DNA of 64,000 nucleotides from an uncultured Gammaproteobacteria bacterium (GTDB lineage Bacteria > Patescibacteriota > Microgenomatia > Levybacterales > UBA12049). The position numbers and the translations under genes were made by a program. Every line of letters starts with the position of its first letter. Position 1 is the stretch's first letter. This document shows, in pieces, positions 38,795 through 48,215 of the stretch. The notes under the pieces were generated by a model. The model was not told the DNA's origin and did not search any database. It worked only from the letters and a program-made list of their open reading frames with translations. Location of the stretch: NCBI GenBank assembly GCA_964490105.1, contig CAZAZU010000001.1, forward strand, positions 227,804 through 291,803. The letters run 5' to 3'.

Positions 38795-39508
38795 ATGGAA
38801 GCAATTACATATGCTGCAGATTTATTCATCCACCTTGGTGATTATCTCGGAAACATAATTGAATTATTCGGACCGTTTACATACGTAATTTTATTTGCAG
38901 TTATATTTGCTGAAACTGGTTTAGTTGTCACTCCATTTCTCCCAGGAGACTCGCTTCTATTTATAGTAGGAGCATTTTCAGGCACAGGACATCTTAATGT
39001 TTTTGTTTCGTATGTAGTTTTATTGACAGCAGCAATTCTAGGAGACTCGGTTAACTACTGGCTTGGAAATAAAATAGGACCAAAAGTATTCTCTAAAGAA
39101 AACTCAAGAATATTTAATAAAGCGTATCTAGAAAAAACTCGAGAATTCTATGCTAAATATGGATCAAAAACGATTATCATTGCCAGATTTGTTCCAATAG
39201 TTCGCACATTTGCTCCGTTTGTAGCTGGAATTGGCAAAATGGACTACAAAACTTTTCTTACGTATAACGTAGTCGGTGCATTTATCTGGGTTACTTCACT
39301 TCTTTTTGCAGGTTATTTCTTTGGCAATCAGCCAATAATAAAAAATAACTTTGAAACTGCAATTTTTGCCATTATCGGAGTCTCACTCTTACCTATGGTT
39401 ATTGAATTTGTAAGACATAAGATGATGAAGAGGAAAACTCATGAACACGACGACACAACTAATCTTAAAGAGATAAAAGACACCTTCAAAAAAGAAAAAC
39501 TCACTTAG
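38795..39508 (+). CDS. DedA-family membrane protein
   Basis: 'VTPFLPGDSLLFIVGAF' DedA signature and multiple TM helices. Confidence 0.7.
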   Translation: MEAITYAADLFIHLGDYLGNIIELFGPFTYVILFAVIFAETGLVVTPFLPGDSLLFIVGAFSGTGHLNVFVSYVVLLTAAILGDSVNYWLGNKIGPKVFSKENSRIFNKAYLEKTREFYAKYGSKTIIIARFVPIVRTFAPFVAGIGKMDYKTFLTYNVVGAFIWVTSLLFAGYFFGNQPIIKNNFETAIFAIIGVSLLPMVIEFVRHKMMKRKTHEHDDTTNLKEIKDTFKKEKLT

Positions 39509-40140
39509 TAGATTTTAAATTTGCGCACCACTCCGACTGCAATGCCTTGAATTCTTAATGAGTTTGGATAAATCGGTTCCATTGCTGAATTTGCAGGCTT
39601 AAGGACTACCTTCTCCCCTTCTTTATAAAATCTTTTTAAGGTAGCTAGATTATCATCTACTAGTGCGACTACTATATCTCCGTTACTTGCAACGTCAGAC
39701 TTCTCAATCACTACATAATCCCCATCTAAAATGCCGTCTTCTATCATGGATTCACCCTTTACTTGAAGAACGTATGCTGTTTTCTTGCCGCTAATCATGC
39801 TGGCCGATACCTGAAATGTAGCATTTGGATCTGTGTGGGGTTCAAGAGGACGTCCTGCAGCGATAAAACCCATCAGAGGTAGTTCAATTGAAGGAAGCTG
39901 ACCGAGTAATCCTTGTGCAGCTTTTTCATCAATTATTTTTAGAACCCTGGTATTTCCGTCGACTTTTTGAACATAACCTTTTTCTACAAGAGCTCTGATT
40001 AAAGTGTGAACTGTGGAATTACTTTTGTGCCCTGTGGCTTTTGAAATCTCAGTAAGTGTTGGAGAATATCCGTATTGCTTCTGGAATTGAGCTAAAAATT
40101 CTAATACTTCTCTTTCTTTTCTATATAAAACTCCTGGCAT
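39505..40140 (-). CDS. lexA: LexA repressor (S24 peptidase)
   Basis: wHTH 'LTEISKATGHKSNSTVHTLIRALVEKGYV'. Cleavage site 'FIAAGRP'. Ser 'GESM' and Lys 'LKRF'. Start taken at the internal ATG 40138-40140 (MPGVLYRKEREV...). The track ORF extends to 40233. Confidence 0.8.
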   Translation of the reverse strand: MPGVLYRKEREVLEFLAQFQKQYGYSPTLTEISKATGHKSNSTVHTLIRALVEKGYVQKVDGNTRVLKIIDEKAAQGLLGQLPSIELPLMGFIAAGRPLEPHTDPNATFQVSASMISGKKTAYVLQVKGESMIEDGILDGDYVVIEKSDVASNGDIVVALVDDNLATLKRFYKEGEKVVLKPANSAMEPIYPNSLRIQGIAVGVVRKFKIY

Positions 40141-40152
40141 ATTTATTAGGGC

Positions 40153-40170
40153 AGTCGCCAGTTTGCGACT
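40153..40170. promoter_or_regulatory. inverted repeat AGTCGC-N6-GCGACT, candidate LexA operator overlapping the lexA RBS/promoter
   Basis: Perfect 6-6-6 palindrome 13-30 nt upstream of the lexA start. Confidence 0.3.
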
Positions 40171-40217
40171 TAATCCGTATGAGAAAATTATGCGAAAAAT
40201 ACCAGAATTATGCAAGA

Positions 40218-40232
40218 TGACAAAATATGTCA
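40218..40232. promoter_or_regulatory. inverted repeat TGACA-N5-TGTCA in the uvrB promoter region, alternative candidate operator
   Basis: Perfect 5-5-5 palindrome about 68-82 nt upstream of uvrB. A -10-like tacaat lies at 40271-40276. Confidence 0.25.
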
Positions 40233-40299
40233 AAGACAGTCAATATAGATTTCCTCTACTTTCAGACTGTGTTACAATATTTAGTCAACTAATACTAAT

Positions 40300-42291
40300 A
40301 TGGATTTTAAAATTAAATCAGATTATAAGCCTGCGGGAGATCAGCCTAAGGCCATTGAGAAGCTCACAAAGAGCATAAAAAACGGAAATGATCACCAGGT
40401 ACTTCTTGGAGTTACTGGTAGTGGAAAAACGTTTACAATGGCAAATGTAATTCAAAATCTCCAGCGCCCTACTCTAATTATTTCTCATAATAAAACTTTG
40501 GCTGGACAGCTTTATCAGGAATTTAGAGACTTCTTTCCAGAAAATGCCGTCAGTTACTTTGTATCCTATTACGACTATTACCAGCCTGAAGCTTATATTC
40601 CCACTACTGATACTTACATAGAAAAAGAATCTGAGGTAAATGATGAAATTGATAAATTAAGGTTGTTTGCTACCACTAACCTCTTAACCCGAAAGGACGT
40701 AATTATCGTAGCTTCAGTCTCTTGTATATATAACATCGGTGCTCCTTCTGAATACAGACGCCACATTGCGGATTTAAGTGTCGGAATGATTATGGATCAA
40801 AAAAATCTCATGCTTAGATTTGCAGATCTCCAATACGAAAGAAATGATTACGCTTACCAAAGAGGATCTTTTAGATTAAGAGGTGAAACGATAGATATTT
40901 TTCCTGCATATTTAGATACAGGTTTTAGAATTGAGTTAGGAGCAGAAAAGATTAGAAATATCGAAGAATTCGATGCGCTAACTGGAAAAACACTAAGAAA
41001 AGTTGATCGAGTTGTAATTTATCCTTCAAAACATTACATGACAGATCCAGCCACCTACAAAGATGTTTTTGCTCAGATCAAACACGATCTTGATTTAAGA
41101 GAAGCGGATTTTAAGAAAAAAGGAAAGTTGATCGAAGCGCAAAGGATTCGTCAGAAAGTAACCTATGACCTTGAGATGATACAAGAATTAGGGTTTGTTA
41201 ATGGAATTGAAAATTATTCAAGCTATTTTGACGGAAGAAAACCAGGAGAGGCTCCCCACTCTCTTTTGGATTACATGGAGGAATGTTCTAAGGATTGGCT
41301 TTGTTTTGTAGATGAATCGCACATGACAATACCTCAAATTCGAGGTATGTACAACGGAGATAGATCCAGAAAGCAGACGCTTATTGATTACGGATTCAGA
41401 CTTCCTTCTGCTTTAGACAACAGACCTTTAAGATTTGATGAATTTATGCAAAGAACTCATCAGATGGTTTATGTCTCAGCAACTCCCGATGAATATGAAA
41501 TTTCCCTAGCAACAGAGGAAAAAGATGCAATTGTCGAGCAATTAGTCAGACCAACTGGACTTGTGGATCCAGTAATTACGATTAAGCCTACCAAAGGACA
41601 AATTGAAGATCTTATTGCTGAAATAAAAAAGCGTGTCGAGAAAAAACAAAGAGTCTTAGTTACGACTCTCACAAAAAGAATGTCTGAGGATTTATCTAGT
41701 TATCTTACTGAGCAGGATATTTTAGTCTCATATCTTCACTCTGATATTGAAACCTTGGAGCGTCAGGATGAATTAGATCGCTTACGCTCAGGCAAATATG
41801 ATGTTTTAGTCGGAATTAACTTACTGAGAGAAGGATTGGATTTGCCGGAAGTATCCCTCGTTGCAATTCTTGATGCTGATAAAGAAGGCTTTCTAAGAAG
41901 TAGAACTTCACTGATTCAGATTATGGGTAGAGCTGCCCGCCATGTAGATGCGCAGGTTATTATGTATGCAGATAATGTTACTAAATCTATGACTTCAGCG
42001 ATGGAAGAGGTCGAGAGAAGACGCGCAGTTCAGCTTGCCTACAATAAAAAAAATAAGATAAAACCTGAAGGAATTCAAAAAGCCATAAGAGCACGTCTTG
42101 TCGAACAGGAACAGGAAGATCAGAAATCAGCAGAATTTTTACTAAAACTTAAAGAAAAAGAAGTTCTAATGCCAGATGAGAAAAACCATTTGATCAAACA
42201 ATTGAGGAAAGAAATGCAGCAAGCCGCTAAAGAACTAGACTTCGAAACCGCCGCAATTCTCCGGGATCAATTAAAAATTCTTCAGAAATAA
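40300..42291 (+). CDS. uvrB: excinuclease ABC subunit B (UvrB)
   Basis: 'GVTGSGKTFTMAN' Walker A. Helicase motifs. C-terminal UVR domain 'AAKELDFETAAILRDQL'. Confidence 0.95.
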   Translation: MDFKIKSDYKPAGDQPKAIEKLTKSIKNGNDHQVLLGVTGSGKTFTMANVIQNLQRPTLIISHNKTLAGQLYQEFRDFFPENAVSYFVSYYDYYQPEAYIPTTDTYIEKESEVNDEIDKLRLFATTNLLTRKDVIIVASVSCIYNIGAPSEYRRHIADLSVGMIMDQKNLMLRFADLQYERNDYAYQRGSFRLRGETIDIFPAYLDTGFRIELGAEKIRNIEEFDALTGKTLRKVDRVVIYPSKHYMTDPATYKDVFAQIKHDLDLREADFKKKGKLIEAQRIRQKVTYDLEMIQELGFVNGIENYSSYFDGRKPGEAPHSLLDYMEECSKDWLCFVDESHMTIPQIRGMYNGDRSRKQTLIDYGFRLPSALDNRPLRFDEFMQRTHQMVYVSATPDEYEISLATEEKDAIVEQLVRPTGLVDPVITIKPTKGQIEDLIAEIKKRVEKKQRVLVTTLTKRMSEDLSSYLTEQDILVSYLHSDIETLERQDELDRLRSGKYDVLVGINLLREGLDLPEVSLVAILDADKEGFLRSRTSLIQIMGRAARHVDAQVIMYADNVTKSMTSAMEEVERRRAVQLAYNKKNKIKPEGIQKAIRARLVEQEQEDQKSAEFLLKLKEKEVLMPDEKNHLIKQLRKEMQQAAKELDFETAAILRDQLKILQK

Positions 42292-42293
42292 AT

Positions 42294-42518
42294 CTATCTT
42301 ATTTGCTTTGGAATAACGACAGTCGTATTATGCTCCCTTGCTAACCGTCTTGCTGTTCTTTTTACCTCAGGCAGGTGTCCTATTCCTCTAGGCATTCCTT
42401 CCTGAGGAACAGTGGATATGAGCCCGGAAGAATGTTCTTTAAAAGCAATTGCGCTTCTTCCATCGCTTCCTATCAGTACTCCAACCAGCCTGATATCGTT
42501 ACTTAGTCTTTCAGTCAC
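42294..42518 (-). CDS. small hypothetical protein (74 aa), uncertain
   Basis: The only ORF in a 285-nt GC-richer gap. No family recognised. Could be non-coding. Confidence 0.2.
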   Translation of the reverse strand: MTERLSNDIRLVGVLIGSDGRSAIAFKEHSSGLISTVPQEGMPRGIGHLPEVKRTARRLAREHNTTVVIPKQIR

Positions 42519-42578
42519 GATGAGATTATAAAGTAGACCCCTTAAGGATTCAAGGAATTTACAATACTCTTACTTTTC

Positions 42579-43736
42579 TTATTTGGCAATTCTTCGAAGG
42601 GCTTTGTCTTTTTCTACGGGAGAAATTTTAGTGCGTCTTACTGCAGCCTGGAGAACTGCAATTGTTTGATCATAGGTATCTTTATCGACTGGATAAGGAG
42701 TGGCATCTTTTCCGCCGTGAGCAAAAGAATATCTGGCTGGATCTTGATAGGAAGGTTCGGCGCCATAGATAATCTCGGAAACCAAACTTAGAGCGCGGAT
42801 AGTTTTTCCTCCAACTCCTTTAATAGCTAGTAAATTCTCAAAATCTTCTGGTGTTTCATAAGTAACTTTCTGAAGAATTTTATCCAGATATTTAAATTTA
42901 GTAAAATCCTCAAGCTCTACTCCATGATGCTTAAATTCTTTTCTGTCAAACTCCGCAAATACCATCTCCTGCTGACCTGTATCTCTAACTGCAAGCATCC
43001 GGCTAACTTCCCCTGAGTGACGACGAAGTAATTCAATATCTTTCATTAAAGTCTTATATCCAGAGCCAATTAAATCTACAGACAAATCTTTATTCTTTTT
43101 ACTTTTCTTTGTCGCTAGATTTAAGGTAGATTTTCTAAACATTTGAGATGCAATTCCTTTATGCGGATCATTTGTAAAATCTATATCTGTTGGGCTGTTT
43201 GAGTGCCAATGATAACGTCTGGCCGTTGCATTAGCCGTGTTCATACCCTGTTGAACCACTGTCCAGGCGCCGTTTTTACTAAAGAAAAATGCATGGTGGT
43301 AAAGCGCATAGTCATCTTGAATTAAAGATGAATCTACTTTTGCAGACATTTTAGATGAGTAGACTAATCCATTTGTAGTTTTATGAGAAAGAGAGAGTTT
43401 ATTTCCCCACTCTGCTATTTCATCAGGAGTTTTCTTACTTGTTGCGCCTTTTCCTCCGGCTATAAATACGCCAAGCTCCTGTTCACGTCCTCTTATCGCT
43501 TCTTTAAGTGCGGCAGTGAGTATTGTCGTCAAACCTGAAGCATTCCAATCAAAAGCCAGAACCGTTCCTAGTGATTGAAACCATACAGGATCAGCAATTC
43601 TTTTTATGTATTCGTCAGGCCCATATTCTTCAATAAGAACATCAGTCATAGATCTACCAAGACTTACCATTCTTTCAAATAGCCATGGCGGACATTTCCC
43701 AGTATCTAATGTAAAAGTTGCTACTCCCCTTTTCAT
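42579..43736 (-). CDS. DUF763-like protein
   Basis: N-terminal 'TLDTGKCPPWLFERMVSLGRSM...EEYGPDEYIKRIADPVWFQSLG' matches my recollection of the DUF763 family. Function unknown. Confidence 0.4.
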   Translation of the reverse strand: MKRGVATFTLDTGKCPPWLFERMVSLGRSMTDVLIEEYGPDEYIKRIADPVWFQSLGTVLAFDWNASGLTTILTAALKEAIRGREQELGVFIAGGKGATSKKTPDEIAEWGNKLSLSHKTTNGLVYSSKMSAKVDSSLIQDDYALYHHAFFFSKNGAWTVVQQGMNTANATARRYHWHSNSPTDIDFTNDPHKGIASQMFRKSTLNLATKKSKKNKDLSVDLIGSGYKTLMKDIELLRRHSGEVSRMLAVRDTGQQEMVFAEFDRKEFKHHGVELEDFTKFKYLDKILQKVTYETPEDFENLLAIKGVGGKTIRALSLVSEIIYGAEPSYQDPARYSFAHGGKDATPYPVDKDTYDQTIAVLQAAVRRTKISPVEKDKALRRIAK

Positions 43737-43770
43737 ATTATTACTTGCTCATATATCGATATATGATGCA

Positions 43771-44136
43771 TTAAAATCCTGATATGTTTTCTATATGCTC
43801 AATACTACTTAAATTATTAGAATTATCAAGCATTACGGAAATAGCATCAATTCTCATAGTATCTGGCAATTTAGGATTTAAAACTTTATAAAATTCAGCC
43901 GTCTTAAGAAGAGATTTTAACTTGAAATAACTGATTGCCTCAAAAGGTGTTCCATATGCATTTGACGTTCTTGTTTTTACTTCCACAAACACTAGTGTTT
44001 TGTCTTTTATGCAAATAACATCGATCTCTCCATAACCCTTACGAAAATTTCTTTCAATTACTTCATAGCCCTTTTCTCTAAGAAATTTAGTCGCTAGTTC
44101 TTCTCCTTTTACGGCAATTGGATTAGAAATCTTCAT
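43771..44136 (-). CDS. yraN: YraN/UPF0102 family endonuclease-like protein
   Basis: 'GEELATKFLREKGYEVIERNFRKGYGEIDVICIKDKTLVFVEVKTR' (PD-(D/E)xK core). Confidence 0.65.
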   Translation of the reverse strand: MKISNPIAVKGEELATKFLREKGYEVIERNFRKGYGEIDVICIKDKTLVFVEVKTRTSNAYGTPFEAISYFKLKSLLKTAEFYKVLNPKLPDTMRIDAISVMLDNSNNLSSIEHIENISGF

Positions 44137-44195
44137 AAACTAATTTAATAGTAACAAAGAATAATGATTAATAAATACGAGAGGCTAAAAGTGGA

Positions 44196-44486
44196 TTATG
44201 GATTTAATCTAGGGCTTTTTACGTGGTTAAGTTTTGCTCTTCTAACTTTCATTTTTGGCTTTGCTTTAAAATCTACCTTATCTACATTTGGATTTCCAAC
44301 ATGCCAGATTCTTTCAACTGCGACATCTCCAACTACTTTTCTAACAGTATAGCTTTGGTTTTCGCCTCTTCCTTTAATTTGAAGAACTTGACCCTCGAAA
44401 ATCTGAGTTCTAGTTTTTTCTCCTTCTGTAATTTTCTGGTGAACTCTTACGATGTCACCAACTCTAAAATCTATAGTTTTTAACAT
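44196..44486 (-). CDS. rplS: 50S ribosomal protein L19
   Basis: 'FRVGDIVRVHQKITEGEKTRTQIFEGQVLQIKGRG...YTVRKV...GVERIW...' and C-terminal 'VRRAKL'. Confidence 0.85.
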   Translation of the reverse strand: MLKTIDFRVGDIVRVHQKITEGEKTRTQIFEGQVLQIKGRGENQSYTVRKVVGDVAVERIWHVGNPNVDKVDFKAKPKMKVRRAKLNHVKSPRLNP

Positions 44487-44512
44487 GAGACGTATATTAT
44501 AGCCTGAAATTG

Positions 44513-46222
44513 TTATTTTTTCAATGACTTTACCGCATCAAGGAATCCTAGGAACAAAGGGTGTGGTCTTAGTGGTCTAGATTTATATTCCGGGTGCCCT
44601 TGAGTTCCTAAGTAGAATGGATGCTCTGATTCAGGTAATTCAATGATTTCGACAAGCCCTTCTTCAACTGATTTAGCAGAAATTACAAAACCTTTCTTTT
44701 CAAATTCTTCCAAATAATCATTATTAAATTCAAATCTATGCCTATGTCTTTCAGATGTTAAGCCCTTAGATTTGTCGATAAAATCATTATATTTTCCGTA
44801 AAGATCATATGCTTTAGTATCTTTCTTAACAATTGCATCCCAGCGACCTAGTCTCATTGTTCCACCATATGCACGCCGCGCCATAATTTCTTTCTGTTTT
44901 GGCATAAGATGAATTACTAAATTTTTTCCGTCTTTTGTGTTTTCTTCTGTATTTGCGTCTTTTATTCCCAATTCATCTCTGGCATAAGAAATTGCAGCCA
45001 ATTGCATTCCGTAACAAAGACCCAGATATGGAATCTTCTTTTTCCTTGCATATCCTGCAGCTTCAATCATTCCCTCTGCACCTCGAAGTCCCCAGCCAAT
45101 TGGTACAATTATTCCATCAGGATTTCCAATAAGCTTTTCTAAGTCCGAATCTTTTTCAACTTTTTCAGCGTCAATCCAATGTGTTTTAATGGCAACGCCT
45201 AACTCATATGATGCGTGATCTATCGCATCAAAAAGAGCAGCATAACTATCTTTAAGCTGATAGTCTCCAGTGCCGAAATATTTTCCGATAATTGCTATAT
45301 CTATCGTTTTCTCCATTTTCTGAACGGCTTTAACCTTAGAAACAAATTTCTCCCATTCAGAAAGATTTGAGCCTCTGACAGGAAGATTTAGTTTTTCAAG
45401 AATTTGCTTACCTAGTTTTTGGCGGTTCAAACCAAGCGGTACTTCATAAACAGACTCTAAATCAGGACTTGAAATAACAGCTTCTGGTGCGACGTTACAA
45501 AATAGCGCTAGGCGCTCAATTCTTCTTTGATCCAATTCTTTATCTGAACGGCAAATTATAAAATCGGGTTGTATTCCGAGCGAGTTCAAAGTTCTTACTG
45601 ACAGCTGAGTTGGCTTAGTCTTAGGCTCTCCAAGGTGAGCTGGAGTCGGCACATAGCTTACATGAACGTGAATTACATCTCCCGGGTTTTGAAGCGTCAT
45701 TATGCGAGAAGCTTCATAATAAAAAACATTCTGATACTCTCCAGCTGTACCGCCAAGCTCAATTACCACAATGTCTGCATCTCGCACAGTAGCAACATTT
45801 TTTATTCTTTTTGTAATTTCATCAGTTATATGGGGTATTGCTTCTACATCTTCTCCGTTGTATTCAAACCTTCGCTCCCGCTCAATAACAGTTGAATATA
45901 TTTTACCCATCGTAACGAAATTATCTGTACCCATATCTTCATTTAAGAATTTTTCATAGGTGCCGATATCCATATCAGCCTCAGTTCCATCCTCACAAAG
46001 AAACGTGTCTCCGTGCTCAATGGGATTTATGGTTCCTGCGTCAAGATTTAAATAATTTTCAAATTTTATGGGTGCAACTTTATATCCTGCGGATTTTAAT
46101 AGAAGTGCTATTGATGCTGAGGTAATACCTTTTCCGATGCCTGATATGACTCCTCCGGAGACAAAAATGTATTTCACCGATTTTTTGTTTTTAGTACTAT
46201 CGGGCACGATTAATAATAGCAA
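44513..46222 (-). CDS. pyrG: CTP synthase
   Basis: N-terminal synthetase 'KYIFVSGGVISGIGKGI'. C-terminal class-I glutamine amidotransferase 'GLCYGMQLAAI' plus His/Glu. There may be about 14 extra residues at the N-terminus. Confidence 0.95.
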   Translation of the reverse strand: MLLLIVPDSTKNKKSVKYIFVSGGVISGIGKGITSASIALLLKSAGYKVAPIKFENYLNLDAGTINPIEHGDTFLCEDGTEADMDIGTYEKFLNEDMGTDNFVTMGKIYSTVIERERRFEYNGEDVEAIPHITDEITKRIKNVATVRDADIVVIELGGTAGEYQNVFYYEASRIMTLQNPGDVIHVHVSYVPTPAHLGEPKTKPTQLSVRTLNSLGIQPDFIICRSDKELDQRRIERLALFCNVAPEAVISSPDLESVYEVPLGLNRQKLGKQILEKLNLPVRGSNLSEWEKFVSKVKAVQKMEKTIDIAIIGKYFGTGDYQLKDSYAALFDAIDHASYELGVAIKTHWIDAEKVEKDSDLEKLIGNPDGIIVPIGWGLRGAEGMIEAAGYARKKKIPYLGLCYGMQLAAISYARDELGIKDANTEENTKDGKNLVIHLMPKQKEIMARRAYGGTMRLGRWDAIVKKDTKAYDLYGKYNDFIDKSKGLTSERHRHRFEFNNDYLEEFEKKGFVISAKSVEEGLVEIIELPESEHPFYLGTQGHPEYKSRPLRPHPLFLGFLDAVKSLKK

Positions 46223-46311
46223 ATTTGTGAAAATTCGTCAATATGAGCATATTTTCTGTCAGGATTTTGTAAAGTTAAATTCAAGCTCAATTTAAGGCGA
46301 GGGCTTATACT

Positions 46312-47652
46312 GTGGGCATTATGAGTGCAATAGAAGGTGCAGTATCAGTTGGAAGCGTAGGAGTAGCAGCAGCCGGTCCGTCAATCGGAGCAAGCGCTGG
46401 AGCTTCAATTGGTGGAGAAATTGGAATATCGGGAATAGGATTTGACGGAGGCTCTCCTTCTTTTTCAGGCTTAGGAAGAAGCGATACCGGACTAGGATCT
46501 TTTTCCATAAATGAAGGGTCAAAAGGACCAGTTTCGTTTTCAAATTCTACTGATTTATTCTCAGAAACAAGATCCTTCGTAGGATCCCTTGCAAGCGTAC
46601 CAGAAGGAGCTGTTAAGGGTGATATATTTTCCGGAGAAATGCAAACCTTAGCTTCAAATCCGGATTTGGGAATGCCAAACCCTGCTGCAAATGAAAAAAC
46701 TTCAATATTTAGCGAATTTGCACCATTTCAAGTGACAATTCCTACAACTGAGGGACCTGCTCCGTTGTCTTCATTTGATGGTTTTACAACTATTGCATCA
46801 TTTTCTGAACCTTCATTTGGATTTGAATCAGAAACCGAACAAGATTCTCAAGCTTCGATAGGAGCTGTTATTGGGTCTGAAACTGTTGAAATGGGTCTTG
46901 AAGAAAATAGTATTAAGAGTGCTGTGGAAGACTTAAGAACTAATGACCCGTTAACCTACATGCAGCTTAAAAGCGATTTAGCATTGGTTCAAAATATTGT
47001 TGATCTTGCAACAGAAGAAACTGATCCTGAGACTTCAACTGCAATTTCAAATGCAGCAATAAATGTTGCAGTAGAACGCAGCGGTTTAATTCAAGCTTTA
47101 GAACAAGCTGAATCTTCAGTAGAATCAGCTACTCAAACTGATGAAGAAACGCAAACTGTGACAGCAAATGTCCAAGCAATTGTGGAAAGCGTAAGTCCCC
47201 CAGAAAAAGAAGTAGTTGAACCAAGACCGGTTCAGCCTAAAGATCAATATTTTGTAGATGAAGAAGCGAACGATGCTCGAAGATCTAAAACAGCTCGAGC
47301 GATAAAACAAGCTTTTGAAGAGGAAATTGATCCCGAAACTGGAAAAGTAAAAGGAAATGCTGTTGTTGATATATTGCCGGTTGAACTTCCCGCTGAAGAA
47401 ATCAGTGAAATAGTTTTAAAAGAAGGCGGTAGAACTGACGGTTCTGAAGCACAAAGAAGAAATCATCTTTCTTTACTTGAATTCTCTACAGAAGAAGAAG
47501 CATTAGAGGCAAATGAAAGATTAATTGCTGAAAATAATGCAGTTACTGATAATGAGGCTGCAAATAGAGCTACTGAGGCTGAAGCTGCAAAAGTTAAAAG
47601 CGGAGTTAAAGCTCAAATAAAAGAATTAGAAATTTTCCCGCTAGCAGCATAA
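46312..47652 (+). CDS. acidic low-complexity (Ser/Gly/Ala/Glu-rich) hypothetical protein
   Basis: 446-aa ORF, GC-richer than its surroundings, no signal peptide, likely intrinsically disordered. Confidence 0.35.
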   Translation: MGIMSAIEGAVSVGSVGVAAAGPSIGASAGASIGGEIGISGIGFDGGSPSFSGLGRSDTGLGSFSINEGSKGPVSFSNSTDLFSETRSFVGSLASVPEGAVKGDIFSGEMQTLASNPDLGMPNPAANEKTSIFSEFAPFQVTIPTTEGPAPLSSFDGFTTIASFSEPSFGFESETEQDSQASIGAVIGSETVEMGLEENSIKSAVEDLRTNDPLTYMQLKSDLALVQNIVDLATEETDPETSTAISNAAINVAVERSGLIQALEQAESSVESATQTDEETQTVTANVQAIVESVSPPEKEVVEPRPVQPKDQYFVDEEANDARRSKTARAIKQAFEEEIDPETGKVKGNAVVDILPVELPAEEISEIVLKEGGRTDGSEAQRRNHLSLLEFSTEEEALEANERLIAENNAVTDNEAANRATEAEAAKVKSGVKAQIKELEIFPLAA

Positions 47653-47692
47653 TTTGCTTGACTAGTAAAAAACCTAATGCTATAAATCTCTA

Positions 47693-48121
47693 ATGAGTGA
47701 ATTAGGAGAAGCTCCCTCCCCAACACCGATTCTGGATCGACTTGAGGCCCAACAAAGAGACTTAGAGTTCAACGCAAGACCAACACAACCAAAAAATATG
47801 CTGCATTCAATCCAAAGCGTAGTAGGTTTGGAGCCTATGGAACTTAGTGACATGCTTGGAGCTTCTGATCCAGACAGAATAGCGCCGTTAATCAAAAAGG
47901 ATGGACCGAGCTATCCACAGCTAAGAAAAGGCTTCTTAACCTCTTCATATTTACTTTTTAATGTGAAGCCTGAGCATACACCAGAATCATGGAAAGAATA
48001 TTTAAGACGTCCTATGGGAGAACACGACGGAAAGAGCATAACCCAAATGTTTGTAGAGGGAAAATATGAAGAAATTTTACAAGATTTAGAATCTGTAGCT
48101 GAAGAAGAGCAAGCTGCATGA
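47693..48121 (+). CDS. hypothetical protein
   Basis: 142-aa ORF. Its stop overlaps the tRNA-Gly 3' end by 1 nt. Confidence 0.35.
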   Translation: MSELGEAPSPTPILDRLEAQQRDLEFNARPTQPKNMLHSIQSVVGLEPMELSDMLGASDPDRIAPLIKKDGPSYPQLRKGFLTSSYLLFNVKPEHTPESWKEYLRRPMGEHDGKSITQMFVEGKYEEILQDLESVAEEEQAA

Positions 48122-48190
48122 GCGGGATACGAGAATTGAACTCGCTTCTCTACCTTGGGAAGGTAGCATACTACCGGTGTACTAATCCCG
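48121..48190 (-). tRNA. tRNA-Gly (anticodon CCC)
   Basis: Manual cloverleaf: GCGGGAT acceptor, anticodon loop TTCCCAA, TTCAATT T-loop, discriminator U. Confidence 0.75.
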
Positions 48191-48215
48191 CAACGTAGAA
48201 ATTATATCACGAGAA

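Noticed and set aside
39505-40233. N-terminal extension of lexA in the ORF track (start at 40233)
   Set aside because: The LexA wHTH begins at the internal Met (MPGVLYRKEREV, ATG at 40140). The 31-aa extension is not LexA-like and would overlap the operator and promoter region.
42294-42578. Tested the gap after uvrB for SRP RNA, tmRNA or RNase P RNA
   Set aside because: None of the conserved motifs I remember are present (SRP domain-IV GGAAGCAGCC-type, tmRNA GGGGCTGAT 5' end / GGTTCGATTCC 3' end, RNase P GGAAAGTCCGGGCT). It is left as an unassigned region.
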